Of a stretch of DNA of 25,858 bases, positions 1-9,098 are shown in pieces. Position 1 is the stretch's first letter, and the number at the start of each line of letters is the position of its first letter. The notes beneath the pieces were generated by a model, which had not been told where the DNA came from, did no database searches, and saw only the letters and a list, made by a program, of their open reading frames with translations. Source of the stretch: a virus (lineage: Duplodnaviria > Caudoviricetes). The stretch covers positions 1-25,858 of IMG/VR virus record IMGVR_UViG_3300040816_000814; one strand, 5' to 3'. Both the position numbers and the translations under genes were made by a program.

Positions 1-1
1 T

Positions 2-760
2 GTTGGTTATAGAAATCTTGGAGAATTATCTGATCAAATTAAACCTTTTTCAAAAAGAATTTTAAAAGATGATTGTTTAGATTTACCTGAAAAAACTTTT
101 GTTAAACATTATGTTGAATTAACACCTGAACAGAAAAAAGTTTATAAACAAATGAAAGAAGAAACAATAGCTTTCTTAGATGGTAAGATGCAATCTTCCG
201 CAACTGTCATGACTCAATTGATGAGACTACATCAAATTACTTGTGGACATTTTACAGCTGATGATGGAACTATAAAAGATTTACCTTGCCAAAGATTAAC
301 TGAACTAATGAACATATTAGAAAACGTTGAAGGTAAAACTATTATATGGTCTCACTATACTCATGATGTTAGAAGAATAATTGAACAAATTAAAAAAGTA
401 TATGGTGAAGATTCTGTTGTTGATTATTATGGTGCAACGGATACTGATGCAAGATCAGCTAATATTAAAAAATTTCAAACAGATGATAATTGTAGATTTT
501 TTGTAGGAACTACTCATACCGGTGGTTATGGTATTACTTTAACTGCTGGAAGTAATATGGTTTATTTTTCAAATGGTTATGACCTTGAGAAACGTCAACA
601 ATCAGAAGCACGTATTGATCGTATAGGTCAAACTAAAAAAATGACTTACATTGATATTATGACTGAAGATACAATTGATGAAAGAATTGTAAAAGCTTTA
701 CGTAATAAAGTTGATATTGCAAATACGATTATGGATGAAGATTTTAGAGAATGGATATAG
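2..760 (+). CDS. SNF2/superfamily-2 helicase, C-terminal part (5' end outside window)
   Basis: Frame is open from position 2 (VGYRNLGELSDQIKPFSKRILKDDCLDLPEK), upstream of the ORF-track start at 152. Contains SNF2 HelicC motifs: 'DCLDLPEK', 'LMRLHQITCGH', 'KTIIWS', 'GGYGITLTAG' and 'QSEARIDRIGQ'. Confidence 0.9.
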   Translation, partial: VGYRNLGELSDQIKPFSKRILKDDCLDLPEKTFVKHYVELTPEQKKVYKQMKEETIAFLDGKMQSSATVMTQLMRLHQITCGHFTADDGTIKDLPCQRLTELMNILENVEGKTIIWSHYTHDVRRIIEQIKKVYGEDSVVDYYGATDTDARSANIKKFQTDDNCRFFVGTTHTGGYGITLTAGSNMVYFSNGYDLEKRQQSEARIDRIGQTKKMTYIDIMTEDTIDERIVKALRNKVDIANTIMDEDFREWI

Positions 761-784
761 TGATTATAGTCCCCACTATAATCA
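761..784. terminator. Perfect 10-bp hairpin between convergent genes (candidate terminator)
   Basis: TGATTATAGT-CCCC-ACTATAATCA starts immediately after the helicase stop. There is no adjacent U-tract, so function is uncertain. Confidence 0.5.
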
Positions 785-819
785 ATCCCGGCAGCTAAGT
801 GCCCAACCTCCCAAAAAAA

Positions 820-1020
820 CTATAATTTAAATATTAATGCTGAAATCATTCCACCCATACCCATGAGTAAAGCGCCAGCGCAACCGATTAAAATTCTTTC
901 AATTCTATCAATTTGAGTTTCTAATTTATTAATTTTTTCGTGAGTTTGTTTTTGCATTATACGACAAAGTTTTTCGTGAGATTCTATTTTTTCTAAAGCT
1001 GTGTTTTTTGATCTAGGCAT
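820..1020 (-). CDS. Small coiled-coil protein with C-terminal transmembrane helix (holin/XhlA-like candidate)
   Basis: Heptad-like 'INKLETQIDRIERI' followed by hydrophobic 'LIGCAGALLMGMGGMISALIF'. Last gene of the late operon, TAATG-coupled to the upstream gene. Confidence 0.55.
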   Translation of the reverse strand: MPRSKNTALEKIESHEKLCRIMQKQTHEKINKLETQIDRIERILIGCAGALLMGMGGMISALIFKL

Positions 1021-1754
1021 TAAAAACTACCCATTTCAGATGCTGATCCACTTCCACTAAATCCTGGTCCTGCTTGTGACTGAGATTTACTTGCACCGGT
1101 GCTTTGTGCTCCACTACCACCAGGGCCTCTTTGATATCCTCCACTAGTTGAAGAAGGTCTTGATGCTAATGATTTTGTTATTCCTCTTGCCTGAGCCATG
1201 TTTCTTGCTGCGGCGTCTCTTCTACCTTGAGCCCCTCCATATTTTCTCATGTCAAGATAATCCATTAAACTTGTTGCTTGACCAAAATCTGAATTTTGTA
1301 ATCTATCATTAAGTCCTCTTAAAGATCCTAAACCACGTCTTGCTAAATTAAATGGCGTGGGTAATTTTCCTAAAAACTCAAAAAGTTTTGCAATGCCTGA
1401 TGGTTCTTGATTAGGTAAAAATTCTTGTTCAACATCTTCTTCGTTAGCTACACCATAAGAAGTATCAATACCTAAATCTTGTAAAGGCGCCGTACTTTGT
1501 AATGGTGTTGTTCCTCCTGGAGGAAAAAAGAAAGGGGCTGTGTCTGCGGTGTTAGCAAGATTTAATTTTTGTTGATTCTGTAAAATTAATTGCTGAATTA
1601 AATCAGTGTTTTGTAAATCTTGATCTACTGCACCGGTATTAATCATTGGAACATTATTAATCATTGGAATAGCATTATTAGAGTTCATAATACCTGTTTG
1701 ATTATTAAAAGGTTGTAACAATTGTTGTAATCTTATCTCGTCTAATGTTGCCAT
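1020..1754 (-). CDS. Low-complexity protein, probable internal virion/ejection protein
   Basis: Q/N-rich N-terminus and G/S-rich C-terminus. Lies directly after the large internal protein gene; function inferred from position. Confidence 0.5.
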   Translation of the reverse strand: MATLDEIRLQQLLQPFNNQTGIMNSNNAIPMINNVPMINTGAVDQDLQNTDLIQQLILQNQQKLNLANTADTAPFFFPPGGTTPLQSTAPLQDLGIDTSYGVANEEDVEQEFLPNQEPSGIAKLFEFLGKLPTPFNLARRGLGSLRGLNDRLQNSDFGQATSLMDYLDMRKYGGAQGRRDAAARNMAQARGITKSLASRPSSTSGGYQRGPGGSGAQSTGASKSQSQAGPGFSGSGSASEMGSF

Positions 1755-1755
1755 T

Positions 1756-4700
1756 TTATGCTAATCCTCTAGATCTTAGTCTAATTTGTTTCTCTTCCTC
1801 TGATAATAAAGCATTTTCAGTTGCGGTCAACCCTTGATTTAGGGCCCCTGATGCCGGAAGCGCTGCTGTTTGTATTACTTGAGCATTAGGTACAGGTGTA
1901 TCAGGTAATGGTTTTTGTGGAGCTTCACTGAATAAATCTTGTCCAGGCAATGCAAATCTTTTTGGTAAAGATTTAATAGTATCAACTGCTTTTTCTAAAG
2001 CTTTTCCTACAAATCCTCTTTCAGGTATTGGATTACCATTTTCATCATATTCAAGTGTTCCATCTTCGTTTAATTTATATGATTCTCTTTCAGGATAATA
2101 ACCACCTTCCATTTGTTTTGTTTCTTCATTGTATGTTTCTTTAAAGAATTTTTTACCATCATATTTATCTATTACTTTATCTAATTGTGTTTCTGGAAAT
2201 AAAAAACTACTATTTGTAAAGTAATTATATGTAGGAGAGTCTTCTGAATATTTTTTCATTGCTGCTTTTACCTCTGCTATTTTTCTTTCAAATCTAGGTA
2301 CTGAATAATTAATAGGAGTAAATTCTCCATCCATTAAATTACTAACTAATTTTTTATTTAAACCAGTTTCCTCTAAAATTTCTTCAATTTTATTTTTACT
2401 TAAATCCAATAATTGTAAATCTTTTATTTTAATATACATATCTTTTTGAAGTCTAGTTGCCTCATCTTGCATGTCTTCAAATATATTAACTATATCAGTA
2501 GGTGTTTTGTTAGTAAAATTTTTAGAAGTATAAAAATTTTCTTTTTCATCAACTGCTCTAAGGACTCTATTTAAAGTAGAAGCAGCGTTATTCAAATCTT
2601 TTTTAGCATCGATATTAATAATTCTAATTCCAGCAAATAATGCTAACAATTCATCAAATAAATTTACAGGTTTACCACCTCCAGTTAAATCTTTTTCTAA
2701 CGCATTTTTTATTTTAGAAGCACTTACTAAAACACCTGGTTGAACACCATCTAAAACATGTTTAAATGATTTATAAAATTTAGCAGTTAAATCATCTGAT
2801 TCTGTGTAAATAGAACCACCTTCTTTTTTCTTACCTGCTCTAGTAGTCACGTCTATAAATCTATCATAACCTAGAGGCTCTGATACAAATGGTGATAAAA
2901 ACGTAAATACTGGTCCACCTTCAGAAAACATCATATCCAGTACAAATGCTTCTGTTTCTTGTGGATTTAAATCTTGTTTTTCTGCTTTTGTCATTGCAGC
3001 AGAAAAAGGAGCCCATAAACTATCGTACGGACTAAAGTAAGAAAAATTTATAGCTTTACTTTCACCATTTTTCCATCCTTTAATTGCAAGTAAGTTAGAA
3101 AGTCTGTCCCATGGAGCTGCACCTGATCTTTTATATGCATCCCATTGAGAACTTGTTGTGTTAGTTAATACTTGTGTTAGTTCTGTTATTCCTTTTCCTA
3201 TTCCATAACTTGTCATAATAGCACCAATCATTCTTCTAATTCCCATTTGTCTTATAGCTGGATTAGAATGAGACATTTCTCTTAGACCAATAAACATAGT
3301 ATTAGCACCTGTTCTTAATATTTCTGAAGGGAAAGATACAAAGTTTCCTATTGGTGTAACTCTAAGAGCCTGTATAATTGGAGGCACCTTACTATATGTT
3401 GGATAAGTATTTCTTAATAAATAAGCAGACGCTTCATCTAAAGCATCATCAAATGTTTTTTTAGTTCCTGTTATTGAATTATTTAAATTGAATTTATTTC
3501 CTGTCATATGTTTCCACCATTCAGCAACTTCTTCTATATTTTTAAAAGCCATTGACAATTGTGATTTACCATATTCATAACCATAATGTTTCCATATGTT
3601 ATCACCACCTGCATATAATTTTGCAACTTTATCTGTCGGAGCCATTTTAAATAATTTATCCATTAATTTATCTGTTGTATTTATTTGATTATTTTTAATT
3701 GCATCCATAATTGCTTTTAACTCAGACGCTACAACGTTTTCATCCCACACACCAAGTCTAACTAATTTTTCTACGTAATTATTAAATTCAGTTTCATCTA
3801 TATTTCTTTTCCCTGCTCTAAAAATATCATCCAAGGTCATTTTCATTGCATTTGTTACACTAGCATTGTGTCCAATATGTCCTTGCATTAAAGCAAAAAA
3901 AGCAGCTGAAGTTACGTTCCTAACTTGTGTTTGAGGTGAGTAAAGAGTTTTACCCATTTGAACAATTGATTTACCACCTATAACAGCTCTCCAAATTGAA
4001 TTTAACATAAGTTTATTAAAACCTTGAGCTTCACCACTAAAAGCTTGTACATATTCCGGAAGAGCAAATTTACCTTTTAAACTTGATTCCATATCACCTA
4101 ATCTTGAAACTTTTGTAATCTCTTGTGCAGCAGATTTACCTGCAGCAAGTGCATCATCATATGAATTAAATATCCAACCATTTTTTAAACCAGATGCGGC
4201 TATCTTATCCGCTGCTCTTTTGTTTGCCATAGTAGCGATCATTTCACCAGTTGTATTCATTATGGATGATTTTAAATCTTTTTCTTTACCAAGAAGTTTT
4301 TGAACTACTTGAGGTAATTCTTCTCCTGTTTGTAAAAATTTATATTTATCACTTCTTAATATTTTAGTTCCAATTTCCCTTAACGCTTTAAGAGGAACCA
4401 TACCTTCTGTTTTCCCAATTCTCAAAATTTCATTGACGCTACTTTCAGCTAATAATTGATATGCTTCTTCTGGTTTTAAATTTGGATGAGCTAATCTTGC
4501 TGAATCTTTTAAAGCAGGTGATTTCATTATAATTTTATTTAAAAGATATTCTTTAGCATCATCAAAAACTTGTTTAGGAGGTACCCAATTTTCGTTTCTA
4601 AATGTTTCAAAAGATCTAACTAAATATTTTTTAACATCTTTTACATCTGTATTAACTAATTCTTGAGCAAGTTTACTTGATTTTTCACCTTTAGGTAATG

Positions 4701-6174
4701 ATTTAACTAATTCAGTTCTTTGTTTTATTAATTGATTCTTTAAATCTTTTGCATAAGACTGCAGCTCTTTAGGTATAGCAGATAGACTTTTTTGATCTAA
4801 TAAAAATTCTTCTATTAAATCTAAATAATATTTTTGTAAAGGTTTAGAAGTAGTTGCTGTGTTGTATTGATCTTCAAAACCTTTTGCTAATTTATATGCT
4901 TTATTTTCTATTCCTTCATAAATTTTATCAAATCTTTTTGCTCTACTTCTAATATATAAATTAGCTGACTCTGAAATACCTTGAATATCTTTTGGCCTTT
5001 TTCCATAAGATCTAAATACAGATAAAAAATTATCAAATTTTTTAAGAGATGCTTCTCTTATATCTGTACTTGTCACATCTCCTAATCTCCATTCTTTAAA
5101 TGGAGGTAATTGATAAATACCTTTTCTAGCAATTGTAGAAACAATAAGTGGATTAATAACTTTTGTTAAAGCAAGTTCTCCTGTTTTAAGTGCAAATTTA
5201 GCTCCTCCTTGTACAATAGGTGCAACAGCAGGTCTTGATCCTAAATAAGAAATAGGTCTTACTACAGCGTTATCAATTCCTTTAGCTCCTAATTTAGCAC
5301 TTGTTTTTAAAACAGGCCCAAGTGTATATTTATATCCTAATTGAGTTGCTTTACCTATTAAGGGAAAACCACCTCCAACAATTGTTCCTTCAAAACCATA
5401 TTTAATTTTATTTCTAAATTCTGCACCAGCCCTTTCTCTACCAGTTAAGCCTTCAGTTTTTTCTGGCTCAAAAAATAAAGAAGGTCTATCAGGTTCAGAT
5501 GCAAGAAAATCTGTAACTCCAACAATAGTTGCACCTTCAACTGATCTTGATGCTATTTGAGATACTTTTTTTAATTTGCCTCCAGTAACTGCGTTAGCAG
5601 CTCTCTTCATTTTTATAATTGGTTTTAACCTACCTACAATTTTTGTAATTAATGTCCCTGGAATACCATATTGACTTAATACTTCTGTTGCTTTTCCTCT
5701 TATTGTAGATGGATCACCTGGATCTTCTATTTCAGCTATTTCATCTAGTTTTGATAATAAATCTGTATTAGCAGCTAAATCAGTTCCTGCTAATAATAAT
5801 GAAGATGTACTATGTTGAAGGTTATATAAACCTTTATCTAGACCTTTTACAATTTCATCTAAGCCAGATATATAATCTTTTTCAGGTAATTGTTTTTGTG
5901 CTTTTCTAATTTGTGATACAGGATCTTCTACTCCTGATATAGCAGATGCTAATCTCTGACTAGTGCCTCCACCCATTCTAAAATATAAACTTAATATACT
6001 TGTAGGTTCTGGAGCTGCAAAAGTTTTAACAGGTTTTGCAGGTTCTGTTCCTTCTTCAATAGCTTTTAAAAGAAATTTTTTAGAGTCCTCTACATCTCTA
6101 ATGTCTCCAGGGAGAGTTTGTAATTCTATTTCTTGTTCTTTGTCTTTTAAAAAACGTTCGTAAGCTGTGGCCAT
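1756..6174 (-). CDS. Large internal virion (DNA ejection) protein, positional analogue of T7 gp16
   Basis: 1472-aa uninterrupted, helical-looking ORF at the distal end of a podovirus structural module. No catalytic motif recognised. Confidence 0.65.
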   Translation of the reverse strand: MATAYERFLKDKEQEIELQTLPGDIRDVEDSKKFLLKAIEEGTEPAKPVKTFAAPEPTSILSLYFRMGGGTSQRLASAISGVEDPVSQIRKAQKQLPEKDYISGLDEIVKGLDKGLYNLQHSTSSLLLAGTDLAANTDLLSKLDEIAEIEDPGDPSTIRGKATEVLSQYGIPGTLITKIVGRLKPIIKMKRAANAVTGGKLKKVSQIASRSVEGATIVGVTDFLASEPDRPSLFFEPEKTEGLTGRERAGAEFRNKIKYGFEGTIVGGGFPLIGKATQLGYKYTLGPVLKTSAKLGAKGIDNAVVRPISYLGSRPAVAPIVQGGAKFALKTGELALTKVINPLIVSTIARKGIYQLPPFKEWRLGDVTSTDIREASLKKFDNFLSVFRSYGKRPKDIQGISESANLYIRSRAKRFDKIYEGIENKAYKLAKGFEDQYNTATTSKPLQKYYLDLIEEFLLDQKSLSAIPKELQSYAKDLKNQLIKQRTELVKSLPKGEKSSKLAQELVNTDVKDVKKYLVRSFETFRNENWVPPKQVFDDAKEYLLNKIIMKSPALKDSARLAHPNLKPEEAYQLLAESSVNEILRIGKTEGMVPLKALREIGTKILRSDKYKFLQTGEELPQVVQKLLGKEKDLKSSIMNTTGEMIATMANKRAADKIAASGLKNGWIFNSYDDALAAGKSAAQEITKVSRLGDMESSLKGKFALPEYVQAFSGEAQGFNKLMLNSIWRAVIGGKSIVQMGKTLYSPQTQVRNVTSAAFFALMQGHIGHNASVTNAMKMTLDDIFRAGKRNIDETEFNNYVEKLVRLGVWDENVVASELKAIMDAIKNNQINTTDKLMDKLFKMAPTDKVAKLYAGGDNIWKHYGYEYGKSQLSMAFKNIEEVAEWWKHMTGNKFNLNNSITGTKKTFDDALDEASAYLLRNTYPTYSKVPPIIQALRVTPIGNFVSFPSEILRTGANTMFIGLREMSHSNPAIRQMGIRRMIGAIMTSYGIGKGITELTQVLTNTTSSQWDAYKRSGAAPWDRLSNLLAIKGWKNGESKAINFSYFSPYDSLWAPFSAAMTKAEKQDLNPQETEAFVLDMMFSEGGPVFTFLSPFVSEPLGYDRFIDVTTRAGKKKEGGSIYTESDDLTAKFYKSFKHVLDGVQPGVLVSASKIKNALEKDLTGGGKPVNLFDELLALFAGIRIINIDAKKDLNNAASTLNRVLRAVDEKENFYTSKNFTNKTPTDIVNIFEDMQDEATRLQKDMYIKIKDLQLLDLSKNKIEEILEETGLNKKLVSNLMDGEFTPINYSVPRFERKIAEVKAAMKKYSEDSPTYNYFTNSSFLFPETQLDKVIDKYDGKKFFKETYNEETKQMEGGYYPERESYKLNEDGTLEYDENGNPIPERGFVGKALEKAVDTIKSLPKRFALPGQDLFSEAPQKPLPDTPVPNAQVIQTAALPASGALNQGLTATENALLSEEEKQIRLRSRGLA

Positions 6175-6175
6175 T

Positions 6176-7279
6176 TTAAGCCTCCGCCGGTAATACTAAA
6201 TTTACGTTGAATTTTTTATTAAAATTATTTACATCTTGTTGCGTTGAAATACTTGCAAAGTCATTTAGCGCTTCTGCGCTGTTAGACATAAGAGTTACAA
6301 TATCGTCTGTAATTTCTTGAGGTAATCGTGCTCTTAATTGATCAAAACTAATTGGGTTATCATTCTGAGACATATCTTGTCCACCACCTTGTACTTCAGT
6401 AACTGGTGGTGTTCCATCTTGTAATCCAATTCTTCCACCATCTTTTACTTGAGATCTACTACCCACACCTGTTATTAATTCAGTGTTTATAAATTCACGT
6501 AAATTTTCAATCGCATCAATCAATAGTTGTCTATCATCTTCCCCTTTGTATTTAGGATCTTTAGATTTTCTATCGTCATTTAATAAACTTGACATGGTAT
6601 TCTGTAAATATTTTTGGCCTGGTTTAGAATTAAAAAAAGCATTAACTAATGCTTCTTGATTAGGATCAGTTTTTTGTAAATTATTTAATTGTATTTCTTT
6701 AGTTTGTAATTGACTTAAAATTTTTTCTTTATCAGCTTCTTGTAAATTTTCATTTTTAAGTTGATTTTTTAAATTAGCTATATCAGGAACAAGTCTACCT
6801 ATTTCATCTTTAATTGCTAAAGCAGCATAACTTTTACCTGAAGTACCAGATAACGCATCTGCTTTTGCTTCTAATAAAGTAGCAAATGCATCGGATTCTG
6901 TTACATAATCTAATTGTTTTCTTTCTTTTACATCTTTTAACAAATTAGCTATAGGTCCTTTTGCAGCTCCAACTGCAGTTCCAATAATACCACCTCTAGG
7001 TTGAGCAAGAGCTAACTCTGGTCCATAACTTAATAAAAAAGATGTTAATGGATCATCTAAACCTGATGGTGCTTCTTGTTTAGGCATTCTTTCTCTGAAA
7101 GCAGACATTTCAGATTCTGTTGGAATTATTTTATTTATATAATCCATAGTAGAGTTACCTACTCCATCTGAACTAGAATTTGCATGGTTTTCTCTATCGA
7201 CAATACCAGTCATAATACCATTCATACCAGAAGTAGGACCACCTTTTCTAAACATTGGTCTTTTAAATATTTTACTCAT
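6176..7279 (-). CDS. Internal virion/ejection protein (367 aa; start revised to MSKIFKRPMFRKGG)
   Basis: The ATG at 7279 lies 1 nt after the upstream stop (7281-7283), whereas the ORF-track start at 7324 overlaps the upstream gene. Coiled-coil middle region and a 'DGGRIG' motif. Confidence 0.65.
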   Translation of the reverse strand: MSKIFKRPMFRKGGPTSGMNGIMTGIVDRENHANSSSDGVGNSTMDYINKIIPTESEMSAFRERMPKQEAPSGLDDPLTSFLLSYGPELALAQPRGGIIGTAVGAAKGPIANLLKDVKERKQLDYVTESDAFATLLEAKADALSGTSGKSYAALAIKDEIGRLVPDIANLKNQLKNENLQEADKEKILSQLQTKEIQLNNLQKTDPNQEALVNAFFNSKPGQKYLQNTMSSLLNDDRKSKDPKYKGEDDRQLLIDAIENLREFINTELITGVGSRSQVKDGGRIGLQDGTPPVTEVQGGGQDMSQNDNPISFDQLRARLPQEITDDIVTLMSNSAEALNDFASISTQQDVNNFNKKFNVNLVLPAEA

Positions 7280-7280
7280 A

Positions 7281-8126
7281 TTAATTAAACGCTCTGTAAA
7301 CTCCAGCCAATGTAGCACCTGCACCTAAAGCAGTTTGTAAAGGCGTTGGAGATGGTTGTGTTTGTGTCTGAGTAGAACCAGGGTATCCAGCGATTAATCC
7401 AGTGATCCCTGAACCCAGAGCCTGTGTAGCCTGAAGCGGTTGCATCAATTGTTGTTGTGCTAACTGTTGCTGTGCAGCAAGTTCTGCTTGAGCTTGTGAT
7501 TGCTGTAATCCTCCTAAAGTAGTCAATGCAGAAATTTGTTGACCGGCTAATGCAGGAGCTTGTTGAGCTAGACCTAATTGTCCTGCAGCTAATTGTTGTT
7601 GTCTTAAAAAGTCTTGTCCCGCAGCTTGTTGTGCTTGACCAAAACCTTGTTGTAATAATTGTGCTTGTAATGCAGCTCTGTTTCTATCAGATGCTGTTTG
7701 ATATTCTGCTCTTTGTACACCTTCACGTCCTCCACCATAAGCACCGGCACCAATTGCTTGTGCAGCTAATGCTGGTAAACCTTTTTGAGCTTGAATATCA
7801 TAATCAGCTAAAGTTGTATTAATTATATCTTGTTGATACGGAGACATATAAGCTTGATAAGCTGTTGGTCCAGTTAATCCAGCAGCTGTTTGTTGTGCTT
7901 GTGCTGCGCCTTGTAGATAAGGTTCATATGCACCAAGGCCACCTACTTGTCCAATTGCTTGTTGGGTTAATGCACCAAGACCAGCAGTAAATTGTGGTCC
8001 ATATACTTGTGATAAATCTGCTTCTTTTAATCCACCAGTTACTTGTTGTAATTGTGTAATAAACGGTTTTGCTGCCGCTTCTATAAACTCAGGTGGTTGC
8101 TGAACTACTGTTGATACTTCCGCCAT
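7281..8126 (-). CDS. Gln/Ala/Gly-rich ejection (pilot) protein
   Basis: Long Q/A helical runs, 'GAYGGGREGV' and a hydrophobic C-terminus 'LQTALGAGATLAGVY', typical of podovirus DNA-transfer proteins. TAATG coupling at 8126. Confidence 0.65.
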   Translation of the reverse strand: MAEVSTVVQQPPEFIEAAAKPFITQLQQVTGGLKEADLSQVYGPQFTAGLGALTQQAIGQVGGLGAYEPYLQGAAQAQQTAAGLTGPTAYQAYMSPYQQDIINTTLADYDIQAQKGLPALAAQAIGAGAYGGGREGVQRAEYQTASDRNRAALQAQLLQQGFGQAQQAAGQDFLRQQQLAAGQLGLAQQAPALAGQQISALTTLGGLQQSQAQAELAAQQQLAQQQLMQPLQATQALGSGITGLIAGYPGSTQTQTQPSPTPLQTALGAGATLAGVYRAFN

Positions 8127-9016
8127 TATACTCTCCCGCCTTTTTCTAATTTTTTCATCATATCGTACATACGTTGTGCACCTTTGTTAACGTTTCCGTC
8201 ACCCATTCCTCTTACAGCATCAGCTGTAAATACGAATTCATTGTTTGCTAACATCGCTGGGATGTCATCTGCTTTTTCTTTTACACCAACTGGAGGAATA
8301 AATCCACCTGTTTCTCTAAGGTCTAATTCTGTAACTCCTGCAGGGTTTTGATTTAATGGTAGATTCATAATTCCGGCTGCTTCTATAGCATTTTGTTCTG
8401 GACTACCTAAAGCATAACCTATTCTACCGCCATTCATAACACCAGTTCTATACATATCTTGATTATATTCAGCTGTATCTAATGCTACTTGTTGTGCAAT
8501 AGCTGCTTCTTCATCTTCTGCATCAGCAAACGTTCTTTGATTTCTATATGCATCAGTTAATTTAAGTTTCAATGCACCAACGTTTCTAGTAATACCTTCA
8601 GGATCACCTTCTTGTTCTGCTTGACCTAATAATCCAGCTAATAAAGAACCACCGGCAAATACTTTCATAGTATCTCCAAATGATGCTGCTTTCTTAGCTT
8701 TATTTATTCCATCGCCTGCAGTAAAAAAATTAGAAACAGTAGAAGCTCCCGGTAAATTACTAAAAGAAAAACCTGGAGCCCCTGCTCTTAAACCCCCAAA
8801 AGTTCCTCCTCCTAAATAATATCCTCCAGCTGCAAGTAAAGCTGCTTTACCTAAATCTGATTTAGCAAAATCTTTAACACCTGATACTGCTTTTTTAACA
8901 CCTTTAGTAACTGATTTAACTAAACTCCCTAAACCGTATTGTTGTCTAGGCATAGCATTCATAATGCCTCCACCCATACGTAATTGACGTTCCATTGATG
9001 ATCTGTTTATTGCCAT
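8126..9016 (-). CDS. Ejection/pilot-type virion protein with Gly/Ala hydrophobic segments
   Basis: Amphipathic 'LGSLVKSVTKGVKKAVSGVKDF' followed by 'AALLAAGGYYLGGG'. The C-terminal 'DDIPAMLANNEFVFTADAVRGMG' resembles the (S)DSIPAMLSxGEFV motif of phage tape-measure/internal proteins. Confidence 0.6.
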   Translation of the reverse strand: MAINRSSMERQLRMGGGIMNAMPRQQYGLGSLVKSVTKGVKKAVSGVKDFAKSDLGKAALLAAGGYYLGGGTFGGLRAGAPGFSFSNLPGASTVSNFFTAGDGINKAKKAASFGDTMKVFAGGSLLAGLLGQAEQEGDPEGITRNVGALKLKLTDAYRNQRTFADAEDEEAAIAQQVALDTAEYNQDMYRTGVMNGGRIGYALGSPEQNAIEAAGIMNLPLNQNPAGVTELDLRETGGFIPPVGVKEKADDIPAMLANNEFVFTADAVRGMGDGNVNKGAQRMYDMMKKLEKGGRV

Positions 9017-9069
9017 ATTTTAAATATACTTATATTGTTAAGCAGGCGTAGATATCCTGTAAATACTAT

Positions 9070-9098
9070 ACTTTATTTGATTTTCTTGTTAACGTCAA
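9070..9098 (-). promoter_or_regulatory. Sigma70-like promoter for the ejection-protein genes
   Basis: On the - strand, TTGACG (9098-9093) - 17 nt - TAAAGT (9075-9070), overlapping the end of the GT-A gene and about 50 nt upstream of the ATG at 9016. Confidence 0.6.

Noticed and set aside
755-766. 12-nt match ATATAGTGATTA with 22772-22783
   Set aside because: An AT-rich 12-mer match is expected by chance in 26 kb of this composition.
5963-6163. + strand 66-aa ORF
   Set aside because: Antisense shadow inside the 1472-aa gene, with no RBS or motif.
7280-7324. ORF-track starts at 7324, 15322, 22132, 23087, 152 and 25757
   Set aside because: Better starts with RBS or coupling lie at 7279, 15337, 22093 and 23072. 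The two edge genes begin outside the window.
7526-7822. + strand 98-aa L/V-rich ORF that looks hydrophobic
   Set aside because: Artefact of the CAA/GCA repeats of the Q/A-rich gene on the opposite strand.
9041-9061. CAGG/CCTG hairpin in the leader of the 296-aa gene
   Set aside because: Only 4-5 bp with a 9-nt loop and no U-tract; too weak to call without comparative data.
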